The notes: a model not told the origin generated them from the letters alone. A stretch of DNA of 64,000 bases from Patescibacteria group bacterium (GCA_041649675.1 JBAZMQ010000003.1:5335-69334); one strand, 5' to 3'. Numbered from the stretch's first letter, positions 45,254 through 54,737 are shown. Translations and numbers: made by a program.

Positions 45254-45332
45254 AGCGCTTCCATGGCATGGAAGAGGCCAAGGGTTCTCAGCCAGAGGCT
45301 GATGCGCCTTTGGCGCAAAATTCCTTAGGGTC
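45250..45332 (+). pseudogene. partial tRNA-Ala(GGC) copy (D-stem 3' side through 3' end) with a 30-nt insertion in the T-loop
   Basis: ctagagcgcttccatggcatggaagaggccaagggttc is identical to the intact gene, then tcagccagaggctgatgcgcctttggcgcaaaatt, then ccttagggtcca. The 5' acceptor/D segment is replaced by the palindrome. Confidence 0.75.
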
Positions 45333-45822
45333 CACCAAAAATAATGTTTCACAAGAAACATTATTTTTGTTTTGGCTATATAATTACTCCCCCTGTTTTA
45401 AATTCAGTTACTTGGGGGGGGGGCGGCTTGTAAAACAAAAAAATAGGGTAGAAGTTTTAAGCTTACTACCCCTGTCAACTAATTGTATCATCCATGATCC
45501 GTACGGGACGTTGACGCGCCCTTGAGCCGTAGCTCAACTGTTGTTTTCCTTTTTTACCGCCTTTAGCAAGCAGTGTTGATCAGAAATAGATATTGGGAAA
45601 CGGGGTCCCCGTTGAAGAGAGATAGGCACCGGCTTAACTTATAAAAAGGAGGTTGTGGGAAGTTTTCTGGGGTGAACAACAGCTATTACCGATGGTATTC
45701 TAGACAAGGATCGGGGCATCTGCCCTTGTGCTTACCACTTCCGCAGACCAGAAAACTTTTTGCAGATGCTTACGCTCCTATTTTACCAAAAAAATGAAAA
45801 ATTTAGAATATACAATTAAGTT

Positions 45823-46581
45823 TTAATTTTTTATCCTAGTCTTTGGTGAAAAATCATAGATAAATTTAAACCAGGTGCGATAGCTATTGGCCAGTTTTTC
45901 ATCGCGCAAAATAAATAAAGTAACATCATCATCAACCTTTTTTAATTCCAGCCCGGTAAAAGTAACAACATAGTCGCCAAAAATATCAATGGCTGATTCC
46001 GTACTGTATTGACTGGGGATAAAACGATATTCACCACCCAAAATTTTAACTGCATCTTGGCCTTTTTCTTTAACTATTTCGTCATAAACATGGTAAAAGG
46101 TAATTTTTTTACGCTTAGCTTCTTTGAGAAATTGATCTAAAAAAGTTTTTAAACGCGGATCAAACCAGCCAAGCTTGGCACCGATCATATAAACATCCTG
46201 GCCGGTTCTTAAAATATCACGCAAATAATTTTTAAAACCTTCAAGGCCGCGATAGATGTAAGCTTCCTGGGTGTGCTCGCGACTTTCATAGCGCTTTCTT
46301 AATTCCGGTAAACTCTGATTTAAATTAATTTCTTTTTCTTTAATTAATTCTAAAAGTTTATCCGGATCAACTGGTGAGTATAAATTTTCATTTTTACTGA
46401 CAATTGGAAAAATTAATCCTTTGTCAATTAAACGATTAATTGCGTCATAAACATTACGGCGATGAATTTCAGCTTTGGAAGAAATTTGTCCAACGCCGGC
46501 TTCTTTTAAATCCAAAAGTGCCTCGTAAATTTTTGCTTCATTAGGTGAGAGACCCAATTCTTGTAAAACTTTTATTGACAT
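45823..46581 (-). CDS. TrmB-family transcriptional regulator
   Basis: LGLSPNEAKIYEALLDLKEAGVGQISSKAEIHRRNVYDAINRLIDKGLI. Confidence 0.75.
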   Translation of the reverse strand: MSIKVLQELGLSPNEAKIYEALLDLKEAGVGQISSKAEIHRRNVYDAINRLIDKGLIFPIVSKNENLYSPVDPDKLLELIKEKEINLNQSLPELRKRYESREHTQEAYIYRGLEGFKNYLRDILRTGQDVYMIGAKLGWFDPRLKTFLDQFLKEAKRKKITFYHVYDEIVKEKGQDAVKILGGEYRFIPSQYSTESAIDIFGDYVVTFTGLELKKVDDDVTLFILRDEKLANSYRTWFKFIYDFSPKTRIKN

Positions 46582-46784
46582 AATATTAAAAATTTAATAG
46601 GGAATAAGTTGTCCCTATTTTTATTATGCCTGATTGAATGTATTTGTCAAGGTGATAAGTACCACCACATGGTCATATTGGCCACTCGTAAGGTATGTGA
46701 TACGCTATAAAGTTAAACTAAAGTAGTTTAACAATGTTCTTTACAGCAAACTAGGCGAAATGCCTAAAAATAAGGAAGAATGCT

Positions 46785-47270
46785 ATGTCTACGTATCTGA
46801 TCCTTCGTCAAATGGGAACCCTAAAAAACTACAATGAAACGAAATCGGAATTTGTTTGCATCCTTGTCATGATTGTTGCTTTTTTCTTGATCATTGCTTG
46901 TTTGATGATCTGGGATTGTTGCATAAAAACAACTGTCTCGGTTGATTATTTCATTGAGGCAACTGACGGCCAAGTACGGGAAGTCAGACATAAAACGCGG
47001 ATAATTGAAGAAAGATTGGCCAATATGCAAAGTAAAGAGAGCTTAAAGGTATTGACAAGAATATCTTGGCACTACGCTCACCAGGCCGAACTCCAGATAG
47101 TTTTGCCTGATGGCCAGACAAGAATCCAGAAGCTTAATGCGCCATCACAACCGTTAAATGAATGTTTCATTTTTTTAGCCCCGCTAGAGGGTGAATTGAA
47201 AGTTCGTTTAAAGGTAGATGGTAAAAGAAATTTTGTTACTCAATCAGTACTCAGAATTCAAGTTCAATAA
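46785..47270 (+). CDS. hypothetical membrane-anchored protein
   Basis: One TM helix (FVCILVMIVAFFLIIACLMIW). No motif. Moderately GC-rich. Confidence 0.45.
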   Translation: MSTYLILRQMGTLKNYNETKSEFVCILVMIVAFFLIIACLMIWDCCIKTTVSVDYFIEATDGQVREVRHKTRIIEERLANMQSKESLKVLTRISWHYAHQAELQIVLPDGQTRIQKLNAPSQPLNECFIFLAPLEGELKVRLKVDGKRNFVTQSVLRIQVQ

Positions 47271-47307
47271 CCGGGCCTTTGGTCCAAAAGAAAAAGGAGA
47301 GCAAGAC

Positions 47308-47556
47308 ATGAGTAGGATGAAATTGGAGCAAATGAGAAAAAAGCTTTTGTGGCGCAAACGGATCAGTTTTGTGACAGCTATGGTTACGTCAACTATCGGG
47401 ATCTTTGCCGTTGGCTATTACCTTTGGGGCGGGGAAACCATGAAAACCAAAGATGGCATTTTGATTATAGTCTGTTTGATTGTTGCAGGCATTGATCATA
47501 TGCATTATTTCTTCCACGCCCTCAAGTTGTGGCTGCTTGACTGCCTAAAAATGTAA
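47308..47556 (+). CDS. small two-TM membrane protein
   Basis: RBS aaaaaggagagcaagac before the internal ATG at 47308. The longer ORF start at 47218 overlaps the upstream gene. Confidence 0.45.
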   Translation: MSRMKLEQMRKKLLWRKRISFVTAMVTSTIGIFAVGYYLWGGETMKTKDGILIIVCLIVAGIDHMHYFFHALKLWLLDCLKM

Positions 47557-47589
47557 GGTTAAAGCAGATTTAAGCTCATTGCAAAAATT

Positions 47590-47626
47590 AAGCCGTTTAC
47601 TAAAAAAGTAAACGGCTTTTTTCTTT
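47590..47626. terminator. bidirectional rho-independent terminator (aagccgtttac-taaaaaa-gtaaacggctt plus T-run)
   Basis: Perfect 11-bp stem between convergent genes. Confidence 0.7.
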
Positions 47627-47634
47627 TGGGAATT

Positions 47635-48450
47635 TTAGATAGTTTTTAAAAAAGAGGCGGTATCTTTAGGATTAACTTTAATTTTTTTACATAGCGGCCA
47701 AACCAATTCAAATTGTGATTTGATCAATTCAGTAAAATCACGACTGGTTACGGTAAAGCCAAAACTCTCTTGGCGCGAAGAAATAAAAGCGACTTTATCG
47801 GCATAGGCCCAAAGACCCATGTTCCAACTCATGCCTTTGGGTGAGAGCCGAATCTCGCGGTGAAATTCTTTACTTACGCCCAAAAAGGGATATTGTTTGA
47901 ATTTGACGGCTTTGTCCGGCGGCCAAATCGTTCGCAAATAAATTTTTTTACGAATCCTTTTTTTATTATGTTCAGCCAGCCAGTCTTTGCCTAAAACTTC
48001 AATCATTTCCGAAATTGGCCAGATGCAAAGTGTCACAATATTTTCATACCATAAAATATCATTAATCGCGCGCCGAATTCCCTCTTGGCCGCTGAAAAAT
48101 TTTATCTTGGGCTCCAAGTAATTTATTTGTTTTGAAAGCGTGGGAATAATTTCATCCAGTTCTTTTTTTTGTTTCTGTAGATTTTCAATTCTATCTTTAA
48201 CTAGGAAGGTTAAGTTTTTAGCATCAGTCACTCGAAATAATTTTTTATTATCCTGCGACTGCTCGCTGACCAAACCCAAGCTAATTAAAATTTTTAAATT
48301 ATCATAAACTGACGGGCGGGGGATATTGAGATTTTCCGCGAGCTGGCGCGCCGATGAAGTTCCGGTTTCGAGCAAACGTAAATAAATGCGGCTGGTGGTG
48401 TCGGACAAGTTTAGATTTTTAAGAATGTCTTTAAACATACTTTTTGTCAT
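47635..48450 (-). CDS. TrmB-family transcriptional regulator
   Basis: RIYLRLLETGTSSARQLAENLNIPRPSVYDNLKILISLGLV. Confidence 0.75.
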   Translation of the reverse strand: MTKSMFKDILKNLNLSDTTSRIYLRLLETGTSSARQLAENLNIPRPSVYDNLKILISLGLVSEQSQDNKKLFRVTDAKNLTFLVKDRIENLQKQKKELDEIIPTLSKQINYLEPKIKFFSGQEGIRRAINDILWYENIVTLCIWPISEMIEVLGKDWLAEHNKKRIRKKIYLRTIWPPDKAVKFKQYPFLGVSKEFHREIRLSPKGMSWNMGLWAYADKVAFISSRQESFGFTVTSRDFTELIKSQFELVWPLCKKIKVNPKDTASFLKTI

Positions 48451-48453
48451 TCT

Positions 48454-48556
48454 GAATCCCGCGAAGCGGGATGAAGAATCTCTAATTAATTAAGTGGTTA
48501 AATGAGATTCTTCGTCCCGACGTGTCGTCGGGACTCAGAATGACATTTACATTTAG
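48454..48556. repeat. about 100-bp complex palindrome in the divergent promoter region
   Basis: Arm gtcattctgaatcccgcgaagcgggatgaagaatctc pairs with gagattcttcgtcccgacgtgtcgtcgggactcagaatgac. Each arm carries its own cccgNcg...cNcggg hairpin. A partial copy (tgtcattctgagggaataaagaat) lies at 17078-17105. Confidence 0.75.
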
Positions 48557-48695
48557 TATCAATCTAGCATAGTTGTCGGTTTTCGTCAACAGATTGACAG
48601 TTTTTGATTAAAGTGATAATTTAAAGCGTTTACCGTGGTGGTAAATATAAACGAAACAAACAAGGTCTGAACCTTGAAAATTAAGGAGAATTGCC

Positions 48696-48938
48696 GTGGA
48701 AAAGAAATCGTATTGGAAAGGTTTGTTGGTAGTAGTTTTTATCAGCTTAATGAGCTGTGTTGTGTTTTTCTTGGTGCTATCAAGTATGAAAACTGAGCCA
48801 TTATTTATCAGGCTGGTTTTAAAAATCGGTTTAGGCTTTTGTGTGACAACAACTTTGGTGGCGGTACTTGGTGGTCCGCTGCTGATTTGGTCTATGAACT
48901 CAAAATCAAGAAATTCAGGTTTAGATAAAAAAATCTGA
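48696..48938 (+). CDS. small two-TM membrane protein
   Basis: 80-aa hydrophobic ORF after an aaggag RBS. Confidence 0.45.
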   Translation: MEKKSYWKGLLVVVFISLMSCVVFFLVLSSMKTEPLFIRLVLKIGLGFCVTTTLVAVLGGPLLIWSMNSKSRNSGLDKKI

Positions 48939-48952
48939 AGAAGGGAGAAACG

Positions 48953-50005
48953 GTGATGAAATACTTGAACATGGTTGTGATTGCCGCAGTGTTGTTGGTA
49001 GTAATGCCGATTTGGGCCGCGGAAAAAATTGAGGTCAAAGACCCGGCCAAACTTATTCCGTCAATTCAAATTGGCGACAAATTGACGCTTAAGCTTTGGG
49101 GCTTTGCCCAAGCGGCGTATGTTGAAAGCGCGGTACCAGATGAATTTCAGTGGACGAATTTGCGTTTACTGGGAAATTTGGATGGCCAGCGAATTGGCCT
49201 GGGATTTGTTTTCAACTTTGCCGACTTACAGCATCCGAACGGAAATTACGTTCGTGAGTTCTATGGCAAAATTAAGCTCACGGATTCATTGGAGGCAAGG
49301 GCTGGCTGGTTGTTAACCTCGGTGGGTAACGGCGAAGCTTTCCCTGGCCCGCCCAAGATTGAAACGGTTTTGTTTCCTCGGAGTCTGGCTTATGGCCAAT
49401 ATGGTACGGGCCTTCAGCTTCGTTGGAATAAAGAACTCTGGTCAGTTGTGGCGGATGTGACCGGTGACACGTCGTTGCCGTTTAGCGATTCTGGCCGATT
49501 CAAGAATTTGGAATTTTCCGCTCGGCTTAAACGGTCATTTCGTGGCCAAGATCGGGAAGTGGGTTATTTGGGTACATCATTTCAGTATACCCAGACAGTC
49601 AACCGTTTTGGTTTTGATGGCCAGTGGCAGCCGATTAAAGAATTGACGCTGCGCGGCGGTATGTTTTATTCGGACTATGAAAGCCAAAGAAAGAGTAATC
49701 GCTTCGGCGGCTTTCTTCTGGCGGCGTATCGGCCCTTGTCTTGGTTTGAATTGCATACCATGGTTGACCAAACCTCGGATTTGTCTAAAGAGTACGAAGA
49801 AATTCAAAAGCAGAAAGACAAACAAGGCAACATCACCTACAAAAAGGTGACAATTCAAACATCGGACTTAACCAATGTCTATTGGACCAACGGGATTCGT
49901 TTTTTGGGTAAGAATGATCGTTGGTCAGCAACCCTTGATTATGAAATGAATTTGGAAGATACAAAATCAGGTTGGTTGCGGGGTCGGCTCCAAGTTCGGT
50001 TTTGA
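48953..50005 (+). CDS. putative secreted beta-rich protein (porin-like; terminal ...QVRF)
   Basis: Signal peptide (MMKYLNMVVIAAVLLVVMPIWAA), alternating amphipathic pattern, C-terminal aromatic residue. GC-rich. Family not identified. Confidence 0.4.
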   Translation: MMKYLNMVVIAAVLLVVMPIWAAEKIEVKDPAKLIPSIQIGDKLTLKLWGFAQAAYVESAVPDEFQWTNLRLLGNLDGQRIGLGFVFNFADLQHPNGNYVREFYGKIKLTDSLEARAGWLLTSVGNGEAFPGPPKIETVLFPRSLAYGQYGTGLQLRWNKELWSVVADVTGDTSLPFSDSGRFKNLEFSARLKRSFRGQDREVGYLGTSFQYTQTVNRFGFDGQWQPIKELTLRGGMFYSDYESQRKSNRFGGFLLAAYRPLSWFELHTMVDQTSDLSKEYEEIQKQKDKQGNITYKKVTIQTSDLTNVYWTNGIRFLGKNDRWSATLDYEMNLEDTKSGWLRGRLQVRF

Positions 50006-50067
50006 GGCTGTGGATCAATCAGTAAACGCAAAGAAAAGACAGGAAAGAAAAAAAGGAGCAAAACATT

Positions 50068-50823
50068 ATGGAAGAAACAGTAAAACAACGGATTAAGGAG
50101 TTGGCTTTGGGCATTATAAATGTTCTGGAGTCAAGTCCCGTGATGCTAGACGTTAAATTTCCCACCAAGGCGATCGCTAGTGCCAGAAAAGATGTTGATA
50201 AAGGAAAAGTACATCTGGTGTTAGAATCGCCGATTGAATGGATAAGCCCGACAGTGAAGCTCAAAAAAGAGATTCTGGCCTGGTTGGTTGAAAACACGGC
50301 TGAGATTACTAAACCAGACAGGCGTGAGGCAATAATGAGTCTGGCTTTAACTGAAGCGATTTCTATGTCTAATGCTTCAGACCGCCGTTTTACCCGTCGT
50401 TTTACTTTTGCCTGTGCGGCGGTCTGTTTATTGCTTTGCGTGATTGTTGGTTTTTTGACAAATTGGGCAAATCACCAAAATCAGTATCAGTGGCAGCAGC
50501 AGAAAAAAATTACCCAAGCCATGCGCGAAAAGGTTGAGGCCCAATCAGCCGGAGTGGTGGTGCGTGGATATGACACGGACGGCTGGCTGGTCAACAACAA
50601 CGACTTTGCCGTCAGGATCAAGGCGGTTGGATTAAAAAGATATTCTGGCGGCCATGAAGTATTTGCCGCTGACAGTACTTTGTCTATCAAAGTACTTCTG
50701 CCCGGTGAAATTGAAAGGCGCTGGGTTCAACCAGGCCTTAAGTTCTTTGTTCTTAATATGGCTGGCGGGGAAATCGGTTTGATTATTCCCCAAGATCCAT
50801 ATCAGTATTCACAACCAACATAA
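50068..50823 (+). CDS. hypothetical bitopic membrane protein
   Basis: N-terminal ~115-aa soluble domain, one TM helix (FACAAVCLLLCVIVGFL), C-terminal ~110-aa domain. Confidence 0.45.
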   Translation: MEETVKQRIKELALGIINVLESSPVMLDVKFPTKAIASARKDVDKGKVHLVLESPIEWISPTVKLKKEILAWLVENTAEITKPDRREAIMSLALTEAISMSNASDRRFTRRFTFACAAVCLLLCVIVGFLTNWANHQNQYQWQQQKKITQAMREKVEAQSAGVVVRGYDTDGWLVNNNDFAVRIKAVGLKRYSGGHEVFAADSTLSIKVLLPGEIERRWVQPGLKFFVLNMAGGEIGLIIPQDPYQYSQPT

Positions 50824-50960
50824 GTTGGACTGGATAAAACTAAAAGCGCTTACAGTAATGTGGGCGCTTCTTTTTATACATGAAGGATACAAACATTTGT
50901 ATTGCAATAAAAAAAGAGCTGATTAGCTTTTTTGCTTTTCAGCTCGGTGTTTTAACTTGG

Positions 50961-52031
50961 TTACAGCCTTACTATCCGGCCAGTTGAAGCCGATTTATAC
51001 ATCGCTTCAATCAATTCTACGGCTGGCCTGCCTTCACGGCCGTCAATAAGCGGGACGCGGTTGTCTATAATGGCCGCCGCGAAATCCTCAATTTGGAGCT
51101 GGTGACCTTTGGTTTTTAAGCTGGCCATTGGGTCGCTTCCGGCTGCTCCGGTTTCGGATTCTTTCTCTTCCATCAATTTTTCAACTTCGGCGTCAACTAG
51201 TTGCTTTTTTTGGAAGTTCCAGGTAACGAGTTTGCCATCTTCAATGACGGCGCGGCCACTTGAACCGTAAATTTCCAGTCTCGCTGTTCCGCCGGGCCAA
51301 AGGGCAGTACTGGCTTCAATCGTGCCGAAAGCACCGTTGGCAAACTTAAGCTGGGCCGTGATCAAATCTTCCGTTCCCAACTCCCGAAGTTTTTGATGGA
51401 CGGCGCATTGACTCTGCGCCCAGACTTGTTTTACTTGGCCCATAATCATTCCGAGCAGGTCAATGTAATGGATTCCCTGGTTCATTGCGGCTCCGCCACC
51501 ATCAAGATTTTTTGTTCCGCGCCAAGCGGCGCCGGTGTAGTATTCTTCGGGGCGATACCATTTGATGTAGGCATTGCCTAAAATGAGTTGACCAAACCGT
51601 CCTTCTTGCAGGGCTTGCCAGACAAGCTGAACAGCTTTGGTGTACCGGGTTTGAAAGATACAACCGAGCAAAACGTCAGACGCATCAGCGGCGGTAATCA
51701 TCCTGTCGATTCTGGCGGTTGTTACCTCCAGCGGTTTTTCGGCCAGAACGTGTTTACCGGCTTTGAGGCAGGTAATCGCAATGTTTTGGCGCAGGCCGGA
51801 TGGTACACAAAGGCAAACGGCCTGGACAGCAGGGTCTTTTAGCATCTTTCGGTAGTTGCTGTAGGCTTTGACGCCCGGATATGTGGCGGCTAGTTTCCGG
51901 GCTCTTTCCAGGATGACATCGGAAACAGCCACCAACTCGGCGTTAGACGATTGGTTGATGGCCGCGGCGTGAACTGGTCCGATATTTCCCACACCAATGA
52001 TTGCAAATCCAACTTTTTTTAACATAGTCAC
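50961..52031 (-). CDS. Gfo/Idh/MocA-family NAD(P)-dependent oxidoreductase
   Basis: N-terminal Rossmann motif VGFAIIGVGNIGPVHAAAI, EKP motif (AEKPLE), C-terminal alpha/beta domain. GC about 55%. Confidence 0.8.
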   Translation of the reverse strand: MTMLKKVGFAIIGVGNIGPVHAAAINQSSNAELVAVSDVILERARKLAATYPGVKAYSNYRKMLKDPAVQAVCLCVPSGLRQNIAITCLKAGKHVLAEKPLEVTTARIDRMITAADASDVLLGCIFQTRYTKAVQLVWQALQEGRFGQLILGNAYIKWYRPEEYYTGAAWRGTKNLDGGGAAMNQGIHYIDLLGMIMGQVKQVWAQSQCAVHQKLRELGTEDLITAQLKFANGAFGTIEASTALWPGGTARLEIYGSSGRAVIEDGKLVTWNFQKKQLVDAEVEKLMEEKESETGAAGSDPMASLKTKGHQLQIEDFAAAIIDNRVPLIDGREGRPAVELIEAMYKSASTGRIVRL

Positions 52032-52174
52032 TGTCCTCCTCTAAAATTGTTGCTGCGGTTGTTGGCTTTCGCTGCCTGGCAATATGTTATTAAATTATGG
52101 CCGGTTTGTCAATTTGGGTAACTAATCTTTTGTAAACAAAAAATACCTTAGCTAAGGTATTTTTTTGGCAGTTA

Positions 52175-52549
52175 TTATCTTTTTTGGTCTATTATAATGC
52201 AGGAATCGTGGATACATTCAATTTTATTTTTCTGGCAAAAGTCAATTGCTCTTTGACTTTCACTGCCCGGCTGTAACCAAACTTTTTTTATGCCTAATTT
52301 TTTTGCTTCTTCTAAAATCGTTTCGGTAATTGGCGGCGGCACAACAAAAATTGCCACATCAATTTTAACTGGTACGACAGTTAAAAGCGGATAGGCTTTA
52401 ATATTTAAAAGTTCCTTTAAACTGGGATTAATCGGAATGACTTTGAAGCCGGCTTCTTTTAAATCTTTAAAAACTTTGAAACCGTATTTTTCCTGATTGG
52501 CACTGGCGCCAATAACAGCATAAGTAAAATTTTTATCAATCATAATCAT
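52175..52549 (-). CDS. CoA-binding domain protein (YccU-like)
   Basis: YAVIGASANQEKYGFKVFKDLKEAGFKVIPINP matches the CoA-binding fold. Confidence 0.7.
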   Translation of the reverse strand: MIMIDKNFTYAVIGASANQEKYGFKVFKDLKEAGFKVIPINPSLKELLNIKAYPLLTVVPVKIDVAIFVVPPPITETILEEAKKLGIKKVWLQPGSESQRAIDFCQKNKIECIHDSCIIIDQKR

Positions 52550-52704
52550 TTAAGTTAATGATTATATTATAGTGGTTAATTTAAATTTTGACTAATTGAC
52601 AAAAATAGGTTAAGAAGTTATAGGAAGTTAATGGTGCGTAACTTTACAATTTAATAGTGTCAAGGAAACAATTAAGGCTGAATAAGAGATAGGAGGAACT
52701 TGCC

Positions 52705-54237
52705 ATGGCAATGCAAGTACAGAATGATTCAGTTACCGCCAATGGAACAAGCGCTGGTGGTAACGACCATCAGCCAATTGTTTCGTTGGCCGCTGCCAAG
52801 CCAATTAGTGCGTTGGCTCAAGCAACTATTTGGGCCGATCAAGAGGAAAAAGCTTTATTGCTTCAGCTAAAAATGGGTGAACAAACCCGTGACCAGCTCA
52901 TGGCTTGGGCCGTAAAAAGCCAAGATTTTAATCACGATCGGGCAACCTATACTGCCCTTTCTCAGCGTCTTATCAGACATCTGGGTAATTTGGTAGCAAA
53001 AGAATCAGCCGTTAAGATTAATGGTAATGTGCCGAGATGGAAAGCAGCAAGAAGTCTGCTGTTAAGCGCTCTGGTTAGTTTTAACCAACAATCGTCAGTC
53101 CTGTTACCTTCGGGTAAGGCTTGCCCAAAATCAGGGCGCGGTGGTTTGAGAGTGGCTTCAGCTTCTAAGGACAGTGAGCTTAAATTATTACTTGAAGAAA
53201 TCGTTCAGGCAGGCCAAGCTGGTATTGATACTCGAATTCTGAAGGCTAAACCCGGTCGGGAACCGCAGTTATTAATCCAAAATTTGCAGTACTTGCGGAC
53301 AAAAGGTTTGATCCGTAATATTGGCGGAATAACCAAAGCCGGGGCAATTTGGCAAGCAACGCCAGAGGGTCAAAAAAGATCTCAAAGCGATGCTCCAGTT
53401 GGATCGGCTATGCCAGAATCGGTTAGTGAGAATACCATCCCGTCAATTACCGAGCCAGGCAGCAACGGAGTATCTGACAAGGCTTCTGAAAAGGTTCCTT
53501 TTAAAATCAAGGCTCGCAAAAAGCCTCCCAGAAGACCGAGAGAAGTAAAAGAAAAAGAAGTGCTGTTTGAACCACTACGGCGGAAAAATCCGCTGCCATC
53601 AGAACCGCCAGCCCAGACTAAGTCACCAGATATAATGAGCGTGCCTGAGATTGATGAATTAGTTTTAAAGTTCCTCGAAGATTATGACTGGCAACAGACA
53701 CCAAAAGACTTGGCTGGGGCGCTAAAAACTGAAGGCCGGTTTTACGGTTTAGATGTTTCCCTTTGGGGGAAAGATATGGTTGAAAACAAAATTGTTGTGC
53801 CGGCAATACAAAGGTTGGCTGGTTCTAAGAGACTGCGCATTGCTATTGACAAAAACCACTGCCAACCGATTGATCGAGACGTAGAGATATTGCCGCGAGT
53901 ACCTTTAGTCGCCAAGAAACCGCCGTCAGTTAAATCTGAATGGGTAACAATTTCTGATAAGGAAGCCGCTGATAACCGTCGGGTGCCGGTTGACCCTGAA
54001 GAATGGTGTCTGGTGGCACTAGAATTGCTTTCAGCCGCTCCTTCTCAAGGGTTTTCAGTGACTAAGGTTGCTGAAATATTCAAGCACCAAGGCTCAACCA
54101 GCTACCGGCCAGACCCAAAACGGAATTTTGAAAAAATCTTAGGCAATTTGGCCGTGGCTTTCAGATCCCTAAAAGAGTGTAACCAAATTATGATCATTAA
54201 TCCGGATCAAGATCCCTGGCACTATCAGCTTTATTAA
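52705..54237 (+). CDS. hypothetical protein (510 aa), GC-rich, with several winged-helix-like segments
   Basis: No catalytic motif. A Pro/Lys-rich linker in the middle. GC well above background. Confidence 0.5.
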   Translation: MAMQVQNDSVTANGTSAGGNDHQPIVSLAAAKPISALAQATIWADQEEKALLLQLKMGEQTRDQLMAWAVKSQDFNHDRATYTALSQRLIRHLGNLVAKESAVKINGNVPRWKAARSLLLSALVSFNQQSSVLLPSGKACPKSGRGGLRVASASKDSELKLLLEEIVQAGQAGIDTRILKAKPGREPQLLIQNLQYLRTKGLIRNIGGITKAGAIWQATPEGQKRSQSDAPVGSAMPESVSENTIPSITEPGSNGVSDKASEKVPFKIKARKKPPRRPREVKEKEVLFEPLRRKNPLPSEPPAQTKSPDIMSVPEIDELVLKFLEDYDWQQTPKDLAGALKTEGRFYGLDVSLWGKDMVENKIVVPAIQRLAGSKRLRIAIDKNHCQPIDRDVEILPRVPLVAKKPPSVKSEWVTISDKEAADNRRVPVDPEEWCLVALELLSAAPSQGFSVTKVAEIFKHQGSTSYRPDPKRNFEKILGNLAVAFRSLKECNQIMIINPDQDPWHYQLY

Positions 54238-54271
54238 GTATTTGACACCTTCCCTAATTGTTATTTGCATC

Positions 54272-54306
54272 AGCTCACACGTAATTTAGTGTGAGCTCTT
54301 TTTTTA
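54272..54306 (+). terminator. rho-independent terminator (agctcacac-gtaatttag-gtgtgagct plus T-run)
   Basis: Perfect 9-bp stem followed by cttttttt. Confidence 0.7.
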
Positions 54307-54410
54307 TTGATTTTATTGGTATTTATTTAACTAGACAACTATTTTTTAAAGCGCTATAATAGTTTTATCGCAAATAAAATTATTAATTTTTTAGTTTAAA
54401 AATAAAAATT

Positions 54411-54737
54411 ATGGCAGAATTCACATTTACCGACCAAAACTTTGATCAGGAGGTAATCAAATCAGATGTTGCCGTGCTTGTTGATTTTTGGGCACCTTGG
54501 TGTGGCCCTTGTAAAATGCAAGGTCCGATTTTAGACGAAGTGGCTAAAGCTTATGAAGGCAAAAAAATAAAGATTGGCAAACTTAATGTTGACCAAGCGC
54601 CGCAATCAGCTTCTCGTTTTCAAATTATGAGTATTCCTACTTTAATGATTTTTAAAGATGGCAAACCAATTGATCAAATGATGGGAGTCCAAGATAAAAA
54701 TATTTTGCAACAGAAACTTGATAAGTTAATAGGGTAA
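54411..54737 (+). CDS. trxA: thioredoxin
   Basis: WAPWCGPCK active site. Length 108 aa. Confidence 0.95.
   Translation: MAEFTFTDQNFDQEVIKSDVAVLVDFWAPWCGPCKMQGPILDEVAKAYEGKKIKIGKLNVDQAPQSASRFQIMSIPTLMIFKDGKPIDQMMGVQDKNILQQKLDKLIG

Noticed and set aside
48953-50005. Firm annotation as an outer-membrane porin
   Set aside because: Only signal peptide, beta-like periodicity and the C-terminal ...RF support it. No family match is possible without search, and host cell-envelope type is unknown.
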